A stretch of DNA of 53,267 nucleotides, the filler included, from Dirinaria sp. TL-2023a (lineage: Eukaryota), in assembly GCA_051941275.1 (NCBI GenBank). It is 3 parts of 3 records of this genome, joined end to end, with 100 filler letters (N's around TTAATTAATTAA, not from the genome) between each part and the next. Parts side by side here need not be neighbours in the genome. Positions count along the whole stretch, not along the records: positions 35,596 to 53,267 come from JAVEBF010000416.1; 2 more parts are not named here. One strand, 5' to 3'. The position numbers and the translations under genes are program-made. The number at the start of each line of letters is the position of its first letter. Position 1 is the stretch's first letter. The notes under the pieces are model-generated. The model was given only the letters and a program-made list of their open reading frames with translations, had not been told where the DNA came from and did not search any database. Shown in pieces: positions 36,224 through 49,790 of this stretch.

Positions 36224-37479
36224 TTAGCCTTCGAACTCAAAGTTCGTACCAATCTAGAACGGATTAGTATCCAAGCAGTGTCATAGACGGGGGCATGGCC
36301 AACCTTGTGTGCGCTTTCTTTCAGGTTCTTTGTATCCACGGATATGCCAAACCCTACTTTGACACCGGGCCGCAGGAGCACGTTGTACGCTAGAGCTGCG
36401 ATCCCCTGGTCGTTGACTTTGGCCTGGAATTACCAGACACGGGGTCAGCGAATCTGCTCCAAACGAGGGAAGATAGCTCTCTCTCTCTACCTTTGCACAT
36501 GAAGTAGGATCCAAACGGTATTTACTCGCAACCTCCAAGCCGACGGCATTGGCGCCCTTCGAATCCCATGTCGCTTTGGCACCGGCTTCGACCTCCGAGT
36601 TGACCTTGTGATAATACGACGCGGCGAAAACGCTGAGGTTGTTGGTGGCTGTGATCGCAGCGCTGTAGATGGGCGAGGAGTAGCCGATCGCGGCCGAGTA
36701 ACGATTTATTGCTGCCTTGTTCACATCGTAGCCTGCCTCTGCGCCGACAAGGATTCCTTCGTGACCCAGCACAGCATCAACATTCGCGGTGGGGCCGTTG
36801 AGCACATCGAAGAATGCGCGGCCGTGGAAGTTGGGTTGCTTGAAATAGAAGTTCAGCTTCGCCCCGAAATTCTGCGAGCTGGGTATGAACTGGGTGAGTG
36901 CTTCGGCCTTCAAGCCCTTGGCGATCTTGTCGTTCAGCTCGACTTTCGTGTCCAGAACGTTTGCAGTCGTCCATGCCTGGGTGAGGGTCAAGCCTGCACG
37001 TCGGTAAAACATCAGCAACGCTGCATTGCCAGGTTCAAGGAGAGCTTGAAAGTCAAGGTCATTGTGGGTCTGAGACGCGGTAGATACGACAGCGCGAAGA
37101 GACTTGAGATATGTACCGGACAATGGGTCGGCATGTTTAGCTTCGATCTGCAGTCATGTCAATTAATTTTCAATGAGAAGGGGGTTGAGCAGCGAAACAC
37201 ACCGAGCCAGCTGTCTTTCCCTCATGAGACGATTTGCCCTTCACGGTAAAGCTCACGCCATTGGGAGCTTTCGACTTGATTTCGAGATTGGCTGCACTCA
37301 AGTTAATCCCGAGTCTCGGCCTTGCGGTCAGGTCGCGATATACCTGAGGATACATGGTAGAACTCTCTGTTCAGGAGCTGTTGAGCACAATGTCAGCGAA
37401 TGCAGACTCTTGCAACAGGAATCTGCCGGCATACATCGTTTGATGGTTTGGCAATGTCAGAGAATGCTGGGACAGCCAT
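36224..37479 (-). CDS. POR1: Mitochondrial outer membrane porin (VDAC)
   Basis: MAVPAFSDIAKPSNDLLNREFYH, GLTLTQAWTTANVL, ASYYHKVNSEVEAGAKATWDSK, LLRPGVKVGFG..D. About six introns. Confidence 0.95.
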
Positions 37480-38090
37480 TGTCGAGTGGGGGCCGCTGGC
37501 GAGTATCGGATTGAGTGTGGGTTAAGTCTGTTACTCTTGGGTTTCGAAGCTTGAAGTGACGGACCTCAATAATGGAGAAAAGCGAAATCAAGAGCGTGTT
37601 GATCGGATGTCAGGAGATTATTCTTCGAACTCCGAAAACAGACTTTTGGCAGGAACTAGTTCAGCTACCTGATTACTGCTTTAGTACCGTCACTAACGTA
37701 GAAACGGAACCTTTTGGCGGGACTTCGGCTTGAATAATCGGGCCGGGAGCCCGGGACTCGGCCAAAATCCCACCCAAACTTCAAGTACCTAGGGAAGACT
37801 TCATAATTTATGTCGAGGACGAACAGGTATACGCACTGGACGTTACGCTCCACGCTTTTCTAATTTGCTTTCTAATTTGCTATCTAGCACTATGCCACCC
37901 CTCGCATGCGTGTTAAATCACTCACACCTCCATAATTTTCTAATTCAGTTGCCAAATTATGAAAATAGTGCTTCAAGTCTGAGTAGCGTTTGAGAGTTGC
38001 TGAAATGGCAGCGGTAGCCACAATCCTCAGAGACGCTTACAACACGGATCAAGCACAGTATCCACGAACCATAGACCCAAGTAGGCGATA

Positions 38091-40284
38091 CTACTGAGGC
38101 GTCGTTCCATATCGCGCTTGATGGGTGGCGATGGCCCTAGAACAATCTTAGCAGGGTCAACCTTAGCTCAAAATCGAACCTACCGGCCGCTTGGATCCGT
38201 CTGCTTGGACCACGTGGGCGTCCACCGCATGACTGTTGATGCACAGTAAGGAGGAAAATGCTCGTCGAAGATGGTTCGGTACCAGTACGCTTCCTTAGAA
38301 TCGGGCACATCAGAGCCCCATTCTGGCTTGGGATTCTTCAGCTGTTCGTCGGTTACGTGAAGTTCGGCATTGTCTTTTAACGCGTCGATCCAGCCGTATC
38401 CAACGCCATCGCTGAATTGTTCTTTCTGGCGCCAGAGAATGTTGTCGGGAAGGTAAGGCGCTGTTCCAGGCTCGTCTGTGGTGTCGAATGCTTTGCGCAA
38501 AATGAACTTCTCAATGCGATCTTGCGTGATCAGCTTCTCTTTCGGGTCGACGCTCATACAAACTTCCAGGAACTAGAGCAGAACGTCAGCGAACGCTATT
38601 CCCTACTTGCTTCGTCGCAAGGATGTCATCTGACCTCCTTGTCAAGGAACGGTACACGGGCTTCAACGCCCCAGGCAGAGGTAGATTTGTTGGCTCGTAG
38701 GCAGTCTGCTAGATGAAGGTTCTTAATGCGGCGCACCGTCTCTGCATGAAAGGCTTCCTTATCAGGCGCTGCATGGAAATACAGATATCCACCAAAAATC
38801 TCATCGCTACCCTCGCCACTCAGGACCATCTTGACGCCCATGGCCTTGATTTTCCGACTCAGGAGGAACATTGGCGTTGAGGCGCGGATTGTGGTAACAT
38901 CGTAAGTTTCGAGATGAAAAATAACGTCTGAAAGGGCGTCGAGGCCATCGTCGATTGTAAACGTAAAGTCATGATGTTTCGTACCGAGGAATTTGGCTAC
39001 TTCAAGGGCAGCTTTTGTGTCCGGTGCGTTAGGGAGTCCAATAGAGAAAGAATGGAGTTGCGGCAGCCAAGTCACCGTTGACAGTTCGTCGTCGTCATCA
39101 ATTCCAACTAATGGTTCACCCTGCTGCTCCTCATTGCTCCCATAGCCGTTCGCTTGACCACTCTGAAATGGCCGGTGCCGAAGCGTTTCTCTTTGCGCTA
39201 TAGAAGCTACCAAACTCGAGTCTAAGCCACCTGACAATAGCACGCCATAGGGTACTTCAGCCATTAGCCGTTTTCGAACAGAGCGCTCCAGCGACTTTCT
39301 GATGAGCGCGTAGTCAATTGGCGTAGAAGGTATTCTGAGCGGATCCCACCACGATGGTTGAAAGTATCGGCTGGTAGTACCGGTCTTTGAATCATAGATG
39401 TGGCCGGGTGGAAACGTTATAATCTTGTCGCACACAGGATGTAAGCATTTCAATTCTGAAGCGAAGTAGACTGCACCGGGTGTCTTGCTTGACCATCCTT
39501 GATAAAAGCTAGTGATGCCTATGGGATCTCGCGCTGCGATGGTACGATCCGCTGTTTTGTCATATAATACCCAAGAGAACATCCCATCCAGCAGCTTCGG
39601 AGTGTCGAGACCGTGTTCAATGTACTGAACTAGGTCAGCTGTGTCGTCTATTAAGGATTGAGGATTGTGGTTTTATTACCAGGGGTATTATGATTTCGCA
39701 ATCCGAGTGAGTTCTGAACTTATATGCCTTCTGCATATGCTTTCGCAGAACCCTGTGGTTGTAAATTTCGCCATTTACTGCAAGCGCCAATGAACCATCT
39801 TCACTCAGCAGGGGCTGCGCTCCAGTATCTGCTGCGTTTTAGTTTTGAGGTTTGCTATGGGAGGCGATGGGTCCCACCAACACCGACGATGCTGAGTCGC
39901 TCATGCGCGAGAACTTTTCGTCAAGTCAGCCCTTGCATGTAGGTGTTGGTTGACCTTCTCCGTACTTGTGTTCTTTGCTACGTAATTCCCACCTAAACGA
40001 CATCAGTCACCCAATTCATATATCGAGGTGCTCAACTACCTACTCCAATCGGGGCCACGATGGCGGGCACTTCCAGAATTTCAGCAGGAGCAAGGAGAAT
40101 GCTGGAATGAAGCTTACGCCTTGGCCATCCGCAGAGCGGTGGGCTTGAATTTTTGTACATCGGGATGACTTTCATGTGCATTAGCTCAGGAACACGAACG
40201 CGAGATGCAATGCAATCTGGACAATGTGCACATAACCCGTATGAGAGCATTTACTAACCAGTGGCAGGCGAAGATGCCGCACAT
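38091..40284 (-). CDS. ASN1: Asparagine synthetase (glutamine-hydrolysing)
   Basis: MCGIFAC N-terminal nucleophile, [64 protein letters not shown]. Multi-intron. Confidence 0.95.
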
Positions 40285-40393
40285 TTTGGTACTTCACGGG
40301 TTTAACAAGGATACGGCACGCAGAGCAGCGTGCAAGACTGAGGATTGAGACGGTGAAACTACAAAGATAGGGAGAAATTCAATATTTCGCGGT

Positions 40394-40400
40394 TGAGTCA
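40394..40400 (-). promoter_or_regulatory. Candidate Gcn4/CpcA element (TGAGTCA/TGACTCA) of the asparagine synthetase gene
   Basis: Perfect consensus 110 bp upstream of the ATG; ASN genes are known general-amino-acid-control targets. Confidence 0.55.
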
Positions 40401-40888
40401 TGCATAAAGTGGGCGCGACAAGAAAAGATTGAGTTTCGGTTAAGGTGATAAGAATGCACACGCTAAGATAAGGACTTGCAGCTTCGGCCCGGGATTCCTT
40501 TTTCGGCTGCCTCAAGAAGGAGGTGGGAGTGTCTGAGTACAGTGAGTAGTCAACCGTTTGGAAAGCTCGGCGAAAGGGAAGCACGAAGTCTCATCACGAA
40601 CTCAAAGAAAGATGTATTATGAACGAACAGCAAGTATTAAAGCACGTGAAGCTGTTTCCGTACTGACTCCCAGTCGCCTTTTCAAAGGAGGAGTGAAACG
40701 CTCTCATACCTCTTAACGCCTTGCCAACGAGACCCAACCAATAAGATACCTAGCTCCTAACCTCCTATGCCTCACCTCCAGATAACTCCAGCTTCAAGAT
40801 TCAGGAGATAAGAGAGTGCGAGCGATGATTGATTAGTCGCAGCAAACGTGCTCCTATGCTTTTGCTCGCATGGAGACAAGTCTCTGGC

Positions 40889-41520
40889 CTAAGGAGCTGG
40901 GTTGTCTCGAACGATGTGCTTGATCTTCTTATTATATGCTTCACGATCTTTCTTGAATAGGTTGTAAGCTTCAGCTTGAGCCGGCGACTCGGGGTTGGGA
41001 TCGTTGAGCAAGTCTTGGATACCGAGAAGAATTTGCTTGATTGTGATAGCCGGCTTCCAGCCTTCCTCCTCGTTGAGAATCGACAAGCAGACCGTTCCTG
41101 AAGGGTAGACGTTTGGGTGGAAAAGGGGCGGTACAAATTTGCCTAGCATAATTTAGCTTGGGAATCGTTCCATGCTGCTTTTGTGTGCACACATTTGGGC
41201 GGCTTCGTAGGGTACTCTGAGTAACTGTTAGCTCCTCGTTGCCACTTTTCTAGACCGCCAGAGAATACCATCAGGGAAAAGCACATCGAGCTTGAATAAA
41301 CCACCTTCCCAGAGTGTCTTATCCTTTCCGGGGATCCCGCACTCCCACTTCTTCAGGTCGAGGATGCCTTGTGGCGTGCGAGCAGGCTTTGCGAAGAAGC
41401 CGAAAGGGTGATCACGCCGCCATTGCTTGCTAATAGTTGCCATTTGTGAGCTGAATTCATGCAAAGGCTTGAAAAGAAGACTTGCCGTTCCTCCTGCAGG
41501 CGATTTTGACAGAGTGACAT
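40889..41520 (-). CDS. UBC9: SUMO-conjugating enzyme Ubc9
   Basis: [52 protein letters not shown]. Three introns. Confidence 0.95.
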
Positions 41521-41925
41521 GGCTGAGGGGGCTCAGGCAGATAGAATCCAGGCAGAGAGAAGAGACCCTAGCCTGAGAGCTTTGTGTAGGTTCGGTATAC
41601 GACCAAGATATGAGGGCGATAGTAGATATCGAGCAAGTACCGTTGTGGAGATATGGTTGAATACTTAAGTTCACTAAGTACACTTCCTTATCACTTCACT
41701 TCAGTGGCTTTGTAAGTGCTTAAGATACAGGTAGGTATTCATAGGTAGCGCTAAATGTAAGTAATGAATGGAAGCGTCCCAATTAATTTACCGGCTTTGT
41801 ATTTTATCTCTAGACAGCGTGAATTGCCGAGGTCCAACTCGCATCTTGGCATTGAATATCACAGTCGTTGACTTTCCCGCAACCGCCCAAGCATGGCTTT
41901 ACTCAGAGGATATTCTTGACTTGCG

Positions 41926-42976
41926 ATGGAGAGGAAGGATGGGCAAGATCAGGGACTTGGGAATCATGTCTCTGCAGAGGTACCGACAACTGCAAGCTTA
42001 CAATCACCTCAAAATCCAATGTCAGATAACGAAGATGATTTGGATGATCTAGACGGTACGCGGCTCACTGGCTCTACTTCAAGACGAACGCTGAGTTCTT
42101 ATCCAGATATCCTTGACGAATTCTCTGCAACCAGAATCGATGGAGCTCCAAAAGAACCGCAACCGCTGGAGCCTGGGCTCAAAGATGTTCCCGAAGACGC
42201 CGAACTTTCAAATGCCGCAGCTGATGAGTTCAGCAAGCAGCTTCAGGAGCAGATGGCGGCCCTGTTAGGGAATGTTGACGAGACACCAGAAATGCGTAAA
42301 GAGATTGAAAATATGATGCAGGAGCTCGGGGCCGCTGCAGATTCCAAGCCGTCCGAGGTCGTAGAGAAAGGCAAGAGCGAGACTCGGCAGACGGTGCCTC
42401 CGAGAGAAGATGACGGTTTTCAGTCAACAATACGCAAGACAATGGAGCGCATGCAAAACTCTGGAGAGCAAGCTTCAGCCGCTGCTGCTGCAGAGGACTC
42501 GGACGATATCATAGCCCAAATGCTGAAGGAGATGCAATCGGGCGGTCTTGATGGCGCGGGCGGCGAGGAGGAGTTTTCAAAGATGTTGATGGGCATGATG
42601 GAGCAATTGACGAACAAAGAAATTCTGTACGAACCTATGAAAGAGCTGCATGACAAATTCCCGGGGTGGATGGCGAAGAACAGAGACAATGTGAAAAAGG
42701 ATGATTTGCGAAGATACGACGACCAGCAGAGGTTGGTAGCAGAGATCGTTGGAAAGTTCGAGGAGAGAGGATATTCAGATGCGAAAGCAGCAGATAGGGA
42801 GTATATTGTGGAGCGAATGCAACAGGTAAGTTGTTGGTAAACCGATCTATAATCTTTGGCTGACGTGTGTCGACAAGATGCAAGCCGCTGGTAGTCCACC
42901 TCCGGATTTAGTAGGTGATATGAGCGCCGCTCAAGAAGCTCTTGGAAATTTAGATGCGGGCTGTCCGCAACAATGA
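41926..42976 (+). CDS. PEX19: Peroxin Pex19
   Basis: DDLDDLDDILDEF, MMEQLTNKEILYEPMKEL, MQQMQAAGSPPPDL, and C-terminal CaaX CPQQ*. Introns ~42056-42107 and ~42826-42877. Confidence 0.93.
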
Positions 42977-43174
42977 TACCATGTTTGAAAGTACTTCTCT
43001 TCAAGCCGCCATGACTATGTGATCGCCACGCCACGCAATGCCTCTAACTTGTTACAAAGGATCAAGATCCCCAACTCTTGCTTTCCATGGACGCTATACG
43101 AACATATCTCCCTTGACCATCCTAAGAATACTGTACAGTAGTACCTCCTATACTTCGTGGAAGTAGCGAAACGG

Positions 43175-43950
43175 TTAATCCATCGATGTGTCCATCTGGG
43201 AATCCAAAATCTGACCTGCCTGCGCTGATGAAGTGGCTCGTGCCTGATTCGCCTCGCTCTCGACTTTGACCAGTGCATCCAGAAATATACTGTCGTACTC
43301 GTCCACGTCGCTGCCAAAATCAGACATTGCGTGCTGCTGATCGTCTATTGCTCTGTTTTCCTGACTATTAAGTGACAATAGAGCCTCGAGTTCTTGATTC
43401 TCCTGCGACAGGACATCATCCACCATCTCGGCCTCTGCGAGTTTATATGAGTATTCGATCACAGCAAAGTTCATATAATTACCATTTCTTCCATAGTCGT
43501 CGCCGTGCGCCTCACTTTCGTCCTCTTCTGGAGTTTCAAGACCTTCTGGAGCATTACGCGCCATCTCTTCCTCCCACTGCTTTTTTTGGGATATGAAGTC
43601 CTTCCGAAGCATCTACGTCACCGAAGTCAGATATAGGGAGCGTATCGCTAGGACCCCAATCATACCTGATCGCCCCGTACTTGCCATCGCTTGTCTTCGC
43701 CAGCTTCTTTAACTCTATTCAAGAAAAAGTTTCGTCGCCTGACCGATGCGTTCTCTCTTCGCTCTAGCATAGGGTGTTTGCGTGCGCTTTTGCGCTCTAG
43801 AGGTCGCTTGCTTGACTCGGAAGCGTTCGGACATGATGCCATGGGTTGATGGAAGGACGCGTACGGATTGGCATTACGTAGCGTCAAAAAGGAAGGCCGA
43901 GAAGGATCGTCGTGGAGCATGGAAGAGAATGGCTGGACGATGGACAGCAT
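43175..43950 (-). CDS. Conserved fungal hypothetical protein
   Basis: Exon ORFs RRRNFFLNRVKEAGEDKRWQVRGDQ|MLRKDF...VLSQENQELEALL...FGSDVDEYDSIF, joined by canonical introns. Confidence 0.7.
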
Positions 43951-44599
43951 CTTCGATGCTGTAGCATCAAGTTCAGTTCAAGTTTTGGACGAAAAGTATG
44001 TGGACACAAAGGTGGTGGTAAGTTCGTCGCGTCCGCGTCTGGTACCGACACTACAAGCACTTTATCGATTACACGCGCCAAGGCGCCAAGATCCTCAACG
44101 ATAAGCTAGCCAGATCAGGTTGGGTCGAAAACGACTCAGAGAAGCCGACATAATTCAGAGCATCTCTACTTCGTACATCCACGCGAATTCCGTCCAACCA
44201 TCTTTTCGTATCTTGAGATCCTCCAGTACAGAAACTTAGTCTCTCTTCGCCGTAGAGGTGACCATCGGTGGCTACAAAACACAAGGCAGCCAACCATTTA
44301 GTTGTTCAACCGAATCATCCTACTCTAAGACAACAGTCTCCTTCGTGCCCTTCCTGAGCTTTTGCTTCTTGAAATTCAATGTGGCGATGGCAACTTTATC
44401 ACTTGCCTGACTACTGTTCATGCTGCGGTCTAAATGAGCATTAGGCCTACACAACTCCCATGCTACAGTTTCCTTAACACAGTCTTTTGATTCAAAATTT
44501 ATTGAACAATTTCTTTGGGGCTTTCTTTCGTTGATCGCGAAAAAGCGACAATTCACTTAGATGATTAAGTCATAGTCTGAGGGTGCCGAAGGCATGAGA

Positions 44600-46150
44600 T
44601 GGTAATTGGTCATAGAGATCAGGTTTGGAGGGCTCGTGTAGCATCATGTGCCCCTACTTTCATTTGATCATTATCGCCATCGTTACTTCCGCATCTCCAC
44701 CCAGCTCACCGCCGCTCCATAAATTCTACAACGTCATCAGATTGATGATGTAGATCACCGTCTACGTTTTCTATGATATTGGCAGCATTATCGAGATACG
44801 TGGAGTCCTTTGTTGATGGTTCAGAAAACTTACGTTTAAAACCCTTGAGATGCCGACCGAGTGCCACGACCATCGTCCGTCAAATCTTTGCCGTACCTGA
44901 GATTCTCTTTATCAAATCTATATGGCTACTAACATCCGCTCTGGTTCAACTCTTTGCAACAATTCTGTACGTAGTTATCTACCATGCGAATCATGAGTTA
45001 AATTTGACACAGCAACGTGGATTCTCTCGAAAATTTTGAGTCTGAAAGCAAAGAAAGTACAGAATATGCAGGAAATTCTTGATTTATACCACAACATGGT
45101 CTGGCAATACCCAGAATCTGAGCCTAGGCTCGGATTTCTTTGGGGCGCTTGCTGCATTGTGGGGTCGACTGCCATGACCTGCAAGGTAGCACGGCAATAG
45201 CATAGCCTTGTTGCCTGAAGGTTAGAAAGCTTTTGCATTCTATGCTTTCTTTGGGGAGGCGGCCGCTACACTTTTCTCAGAGCTCCAAGGCTCCATTGAT
45301 CGTTATATTTGCAGGCTTTCACTACCGATGTCTATTTCAAACGAAACATGTCAATTTCATGCCATTATGCCCTCGAGCGTCAGGAACTTTAATTTTATAT
45401 TAGTCTCAACTCGCGCAATCGGTTCAGCCTTGCCAATATGTATTCTGAATGTGAACGGGAGGCTGAGCTTAGACTGGTGATAGGCATAAGAGCACTGAAT
45501 AGTCATGACAAAGTCTGACCTACTGGTGACACCTGTCCCTCAAAACGTCGATGCCGGTCTCAGAAGATTGCTCCGGATGCGAGTTAAACGTCGAATTTTT
45601 ATATGTTCAACGAACACATTATCAGCCACACAGCAGGCACTTACCTCGGATGTGGCTGCCCATAAATCTCCTTTTATTGAGTTAAGGTAAAAGATTTCAA
45701 GGTGCGTCGCGGCTTAGGAGATTATATTTGCCGTGATCAACGCTGCTACCGTTCAGCAGATGGCTTCGACTCCGCGGATCTTCGCCAAGAGCATGAAGAC
45801 AGTCATGCGCCACGATTCCAATGCCGTGAAGCAAAATGTAGCTTCTTCGGCTGGGCTTCCAGGAGCAGAAGTGCAATGAAAGCCCACGAAAACAAGTATC
45901 ATCTCAAGTCAGGGTCTACAAACGTGCCCAGTGGATTATCAAAGCACCAGGATGTAAGGCAAAGCAACTCTGCAGCAGTTTCCAAATGATCCTCTTACCG
46001 ATACTAATTGATTGTTAAAGTATCAATCCAACTCATCGGATCCAAATCTTGACATTCCAACGCAGCGTGTCCCAATTTTAAGGATTTTCCCCTCTTCGCA
46101 GGTCTAGAGGATCAAGACGTATTCGACGATTTTGAAATGGAGGCTAGTAG
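44600..46150 (+). pseudogene. Degraded gene with two C-terminal C2H2 zinc fingers (resembles the tail of fungal NACHT/NLR-like proteins)
   Basis: YICRDQRCYRSADGFDS..RQEHEDSH and FQCREAKC..FGW..RSAMKAHENKYH at 45723-45902. Upstream frames are protein-like but broken by stops and frameshifts. Boundaries are approximate. Confidence 0.45.
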
Positions 46151-47279
46151 TCTTGCGCTCTCCCTTTCGCTCCCACACCAAAAGAAAAAAAGAATGAAAA
46201 GAGGAGAATGAGGGACTCTGAGTCGGGTACCTATCTTCCTGACCCTCTCTCTCATAACCCTCTTATATCATGCCAAAAGACCAAGATTTTGTTAGCAAAT
46301 GCTAGCAACCCCATATAATGAGTTTCTGGCAAGCTATGTTCCACGATCGCCAACAACCTGAACGGCTCCAATTTTTCTTTTTTATTTTTCTTCTTCTTTT
46401 TTTTTTTCCCCCTGGCGCGTTTCCTTCGCACCCGACACCCTTATCCCACTAACAAGACGGTTCCTGGAACATCGTCCATGTTCACGAATACAACGCCCAC
46501 TTACTCCGGCAGCATCGTTCTAGCTCACTCCGTTTCAGTTTGGATACATCGAATCATGGCTCCCTCAATTTCCCATACCCTCCACAAAGAATCGATGACT
46601 CGGCTTTCTAAACCCCACACTGAATGTTTTCGGCGATGTTAGCTCCAGAAAGGACTCCGAAATGACTGAATGAGTCGTACGAATTGATAGACTGGTTTGC
46701 TGAGAGAGGTAGGCTAAGATGGGGGGTTGGAAGAATAATCGATGTGTAGCAATGAAGGGAAGTGCATCAGCTTTTCAGATTTTTTGGAGTGTATTGCACG
46801 GGACATCATATAAGCAGCAGGATAACATTCTATGATGATTATTTTTTGGGGCAACGGAGGAGAGAGAGAGAATGTGAGGCCATTCAGTGGCCTCTTTCCT
46901 CCGATTTCCCATTGGCTTTCTTTGCAGGCTGGACCCTATATTTACTTGTCTAAGGGATATCTATCTCTCCTGGTGGAATAATTATCTCACCAGTCAGGAC
47001 GTCTGAACAAACAGCGTTCTTATCAGAGCAGGGAGTGGGTGCATGGTCACCCGCGTCTAATCAGGATGTTTTCGGACACACTTTCAAATTTCGCTTGAAC
47101 TTTGTCAAACACAGCTATAATTGTTGTTTGATCGCAGCTTATGCGTACTCGTACCTAGGTTCCAGAAGCCATACCTGTTCAGGAAGAGAAACCCATCCTT
47201 ATGCTCAGAACATCAAAAGAGGGAAAAAAATGTATGATAATCCCTAAAAACCTCACGGGTCAACAACGCACAACACCAC

Positions 47280-48657
47280 TTAAGCGTGGACATCAAGCTG
47301 GATCTCCGCCGCCGCTTTGATCTCATCAGCAGCCGCGCCCTGGGCTTCCGGTCTCAGCAAACCCTTATCAGAAGCAGCTGCTTCCTCTTTCGCCTTAATA
47401 TTCCCAAAATATTCAACCATATACTCCGCTCCAACGGGGTTAAAGAAGACATTCTGGTACTCCATCGTCTTCGCAGCGTCTTTCGCACTGCGGGCGAACA
47501 TCTCCTCTTCGTATTCGGCAATAGCCGCAGCCAGGCTTTGCTTCTCGCCGAACGTGGCGAGATGATCCCACTCCGGTTTGCGGGCGATAATGGCGCGCGC
47601 ACATTGTAAAGCATCAAGCATACCGACGTTGACTCCCACCCCGGCAAAGGGACACATCAGGTGTGCGGCGTCGCCGATGCAGGTCGCGCTAGAATTTAGA
47701 TCAACAATCAGCTGGGGCATGCTCTCGTACGAAGAAGAATCACATCGTCGGCTCTTACCCAGTGCGGTGCTCCCATTTGAAGCCGATTGGGAGCATGTAC
47801 ATCGGTCTTACGACGATATCGTCATCGGCTTTCAGGATCATATCTTTCGAGCCCTGGTCCCAATTGGAGTAATGTGTATCGATCATCGCGCGCTTCGCTG
47901 CCTCCGGTTGCGTCCAGTCGATCCCGCATTCCTGGTGCCAGAACTCCGGGCAACGAACGAACGCATATGTTCGGATCGATCTGTTACCGTTTCTTTGCGC
48001 CAGGATTCCTCGATCCTTACCGATTGTGAGACACATGCCTCCTCCTACTCGTTTGGCTTCGGCAGGCCTTCTGCTATCAGCGTCTACGATTGTGACATCA
48101 AGGCCAGTGACGCCGGCATAGAAAGGCCGGGTGTCAGAGAGCAGCGATCGGACTTTCGACCAAGCACCGTCGGCTCCGACGACGACATCGAATCCTGTCT
48201 CGGTGATGCCCTCGAAGTGCAGGTTGTATCGATTGTCGCTCGTCTCCTCCACCCGCAGCAACTTCCTTCCCCATTGGACAGTCTTCGGATCCAGCGAATC
48301 AAGCAACAGGCTCCTCAGCTTGTCCCTTTCGATCTCCGGTCGGTTCTTCATCTGCTCGGGGCGCCCCACGCCAAACTTCTCGTTCTCGTCCAGCAGCACT
48401 TTGCCCTCGGGGGTATAGATCTTGAGAACTTCGCCATCCGGGTAGGCGAGCCGGAGGAAATCTTCGTACAGCCCTGCCTCTTTGAGCGCGAGCTGAGCAG
48501 AGTCTTCGTGGAGGTCGAGAGAGCCGCCTTGGGTGCGAGCATGGCGGTCCTTTTCTTTCTCGTAGATGGTGCAGGGGATCGAGTTGTGTTGCAGGAGGCG
48601 GGCGAGCACGAGGCCTGCAGGCCCGGCGCCGATGATGGCGATTCTGGGAGGGCTCAT
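47280..48657 (-). CDS. FAD-dependent monooxygenase (TetX-like subgroup)
   Basis: IAIIGAGPAG, QGGSLDLH, RPEIER..LR..LL, VVGADGAWSKVR, IGDAAHLMCPFAGVGVN. One intron at ~47689-47758. Confidence 0.9.
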
Positions 48658-49213
48658 TGTCGCAGGGTATACGTGGTGGAGTATGATTCACGTGCAAGAA
48701 TGGATTGCAATGCTCAGCGCAAGATTCCCTTGAGTCGTGTTAAGTTCCAAAAAGAACTCTAACATATGTAGGTAAGTTGGGGCGCCAATAATATCGGTGA
48801 GGTAGTTTCCCTCTGAATACTCGGGCAAGTGGTGACAGTACTCTAAAGAAAGAAAGAAAAAAGAGAAAAAGAAAAACCCTCGCCTAGACCAGAATTCCTA
48901 AGGTAGCTTCTCAGCTCTACTTCCGCAACGCAACAGCGCAGCGACCGTGGCTTCGCCGGGCAGGTAGGCATATCCTTTTTCCTTTACTACGGCTTACACG
49001 GTCCATTATGCAAGGACCTGCGATACCCGCAAGAACCCTTTTTTTTTTTCCCCTCTCTCTCTGTCTCTGTCTGTGAAAGCAACCACCCGCGAACGGAGGT
49101 TGTGCAACGTGAATTCTTTTCGGATAATCACCATTGACCGAAACATCGAAGGATGAGCGGATGTTTCCAAGGTAGTGGAAAATAGATCGGAGAGTAAAAT
49201 CGGCGAATACAGA

Positions 49214-49239
49214 TGCGGCCCGAAGCGCTTCGGGCCGCA
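49214..49239. promoter_or_regulatory. Perfect 26-bp GC-rich palindrome
   Basis: tgcggcccgaagc|gcttcgggccgca, ~560 bp upstream of the monooxygenase ATG. Confidence 0.5.
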
Positions 49240-49790
49240 GATTCAGGGGCTCAGGGGGAGGCTTCTGGGTACCGCGTTTAGCGCTTCATTTTAGGGGTAG
49301 GATTTTCCCGGGCTGCCTGACTCGGCCCCCAAAGAGACCACTTGGGTTGGCGAGCGCGGTCAAGAATGTCCTTGAGGTACCTAGGTAGGTAGGCAGTGAG
49401 GTCAACTGAACCTCGCCTGGAGGATCCACTTAGGTAAGAATATCGCCTGAACGCGCCGATTTTTGCTGCCTAGAGTAATGCAGCTGGTTCTTTGCAAGGC
49501 GTAACTAATTGTACGGAGGATGGTTGTCACCTACCTTCTGGCGTATAGGGTGTATGGTGAACTCTCTTCGTGAGACCTGCAAACATACCTCAGGTAGATG
49601 GATTGCTCTCGGTCTTGGTTTTAGATTGTTAATGGCAATTGATGCTACTGCTATCTTCTACTGTATACACATCGATTAATAAATAATTGTTGCAACAAAT
49701 GGCATTAAAATTACGCTCATACAAATTGCTTACGTTCACGCCTTCCAATTAGCCCCTGTTGTAGAAAAACACCAACCACGCCCCAATCCA

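Noticed and set aside
47578..48762. 394-aa + strand ORF
   Set aside because: Antisense shadow of the GC-rich monooxygenase; no recognisable motifs.
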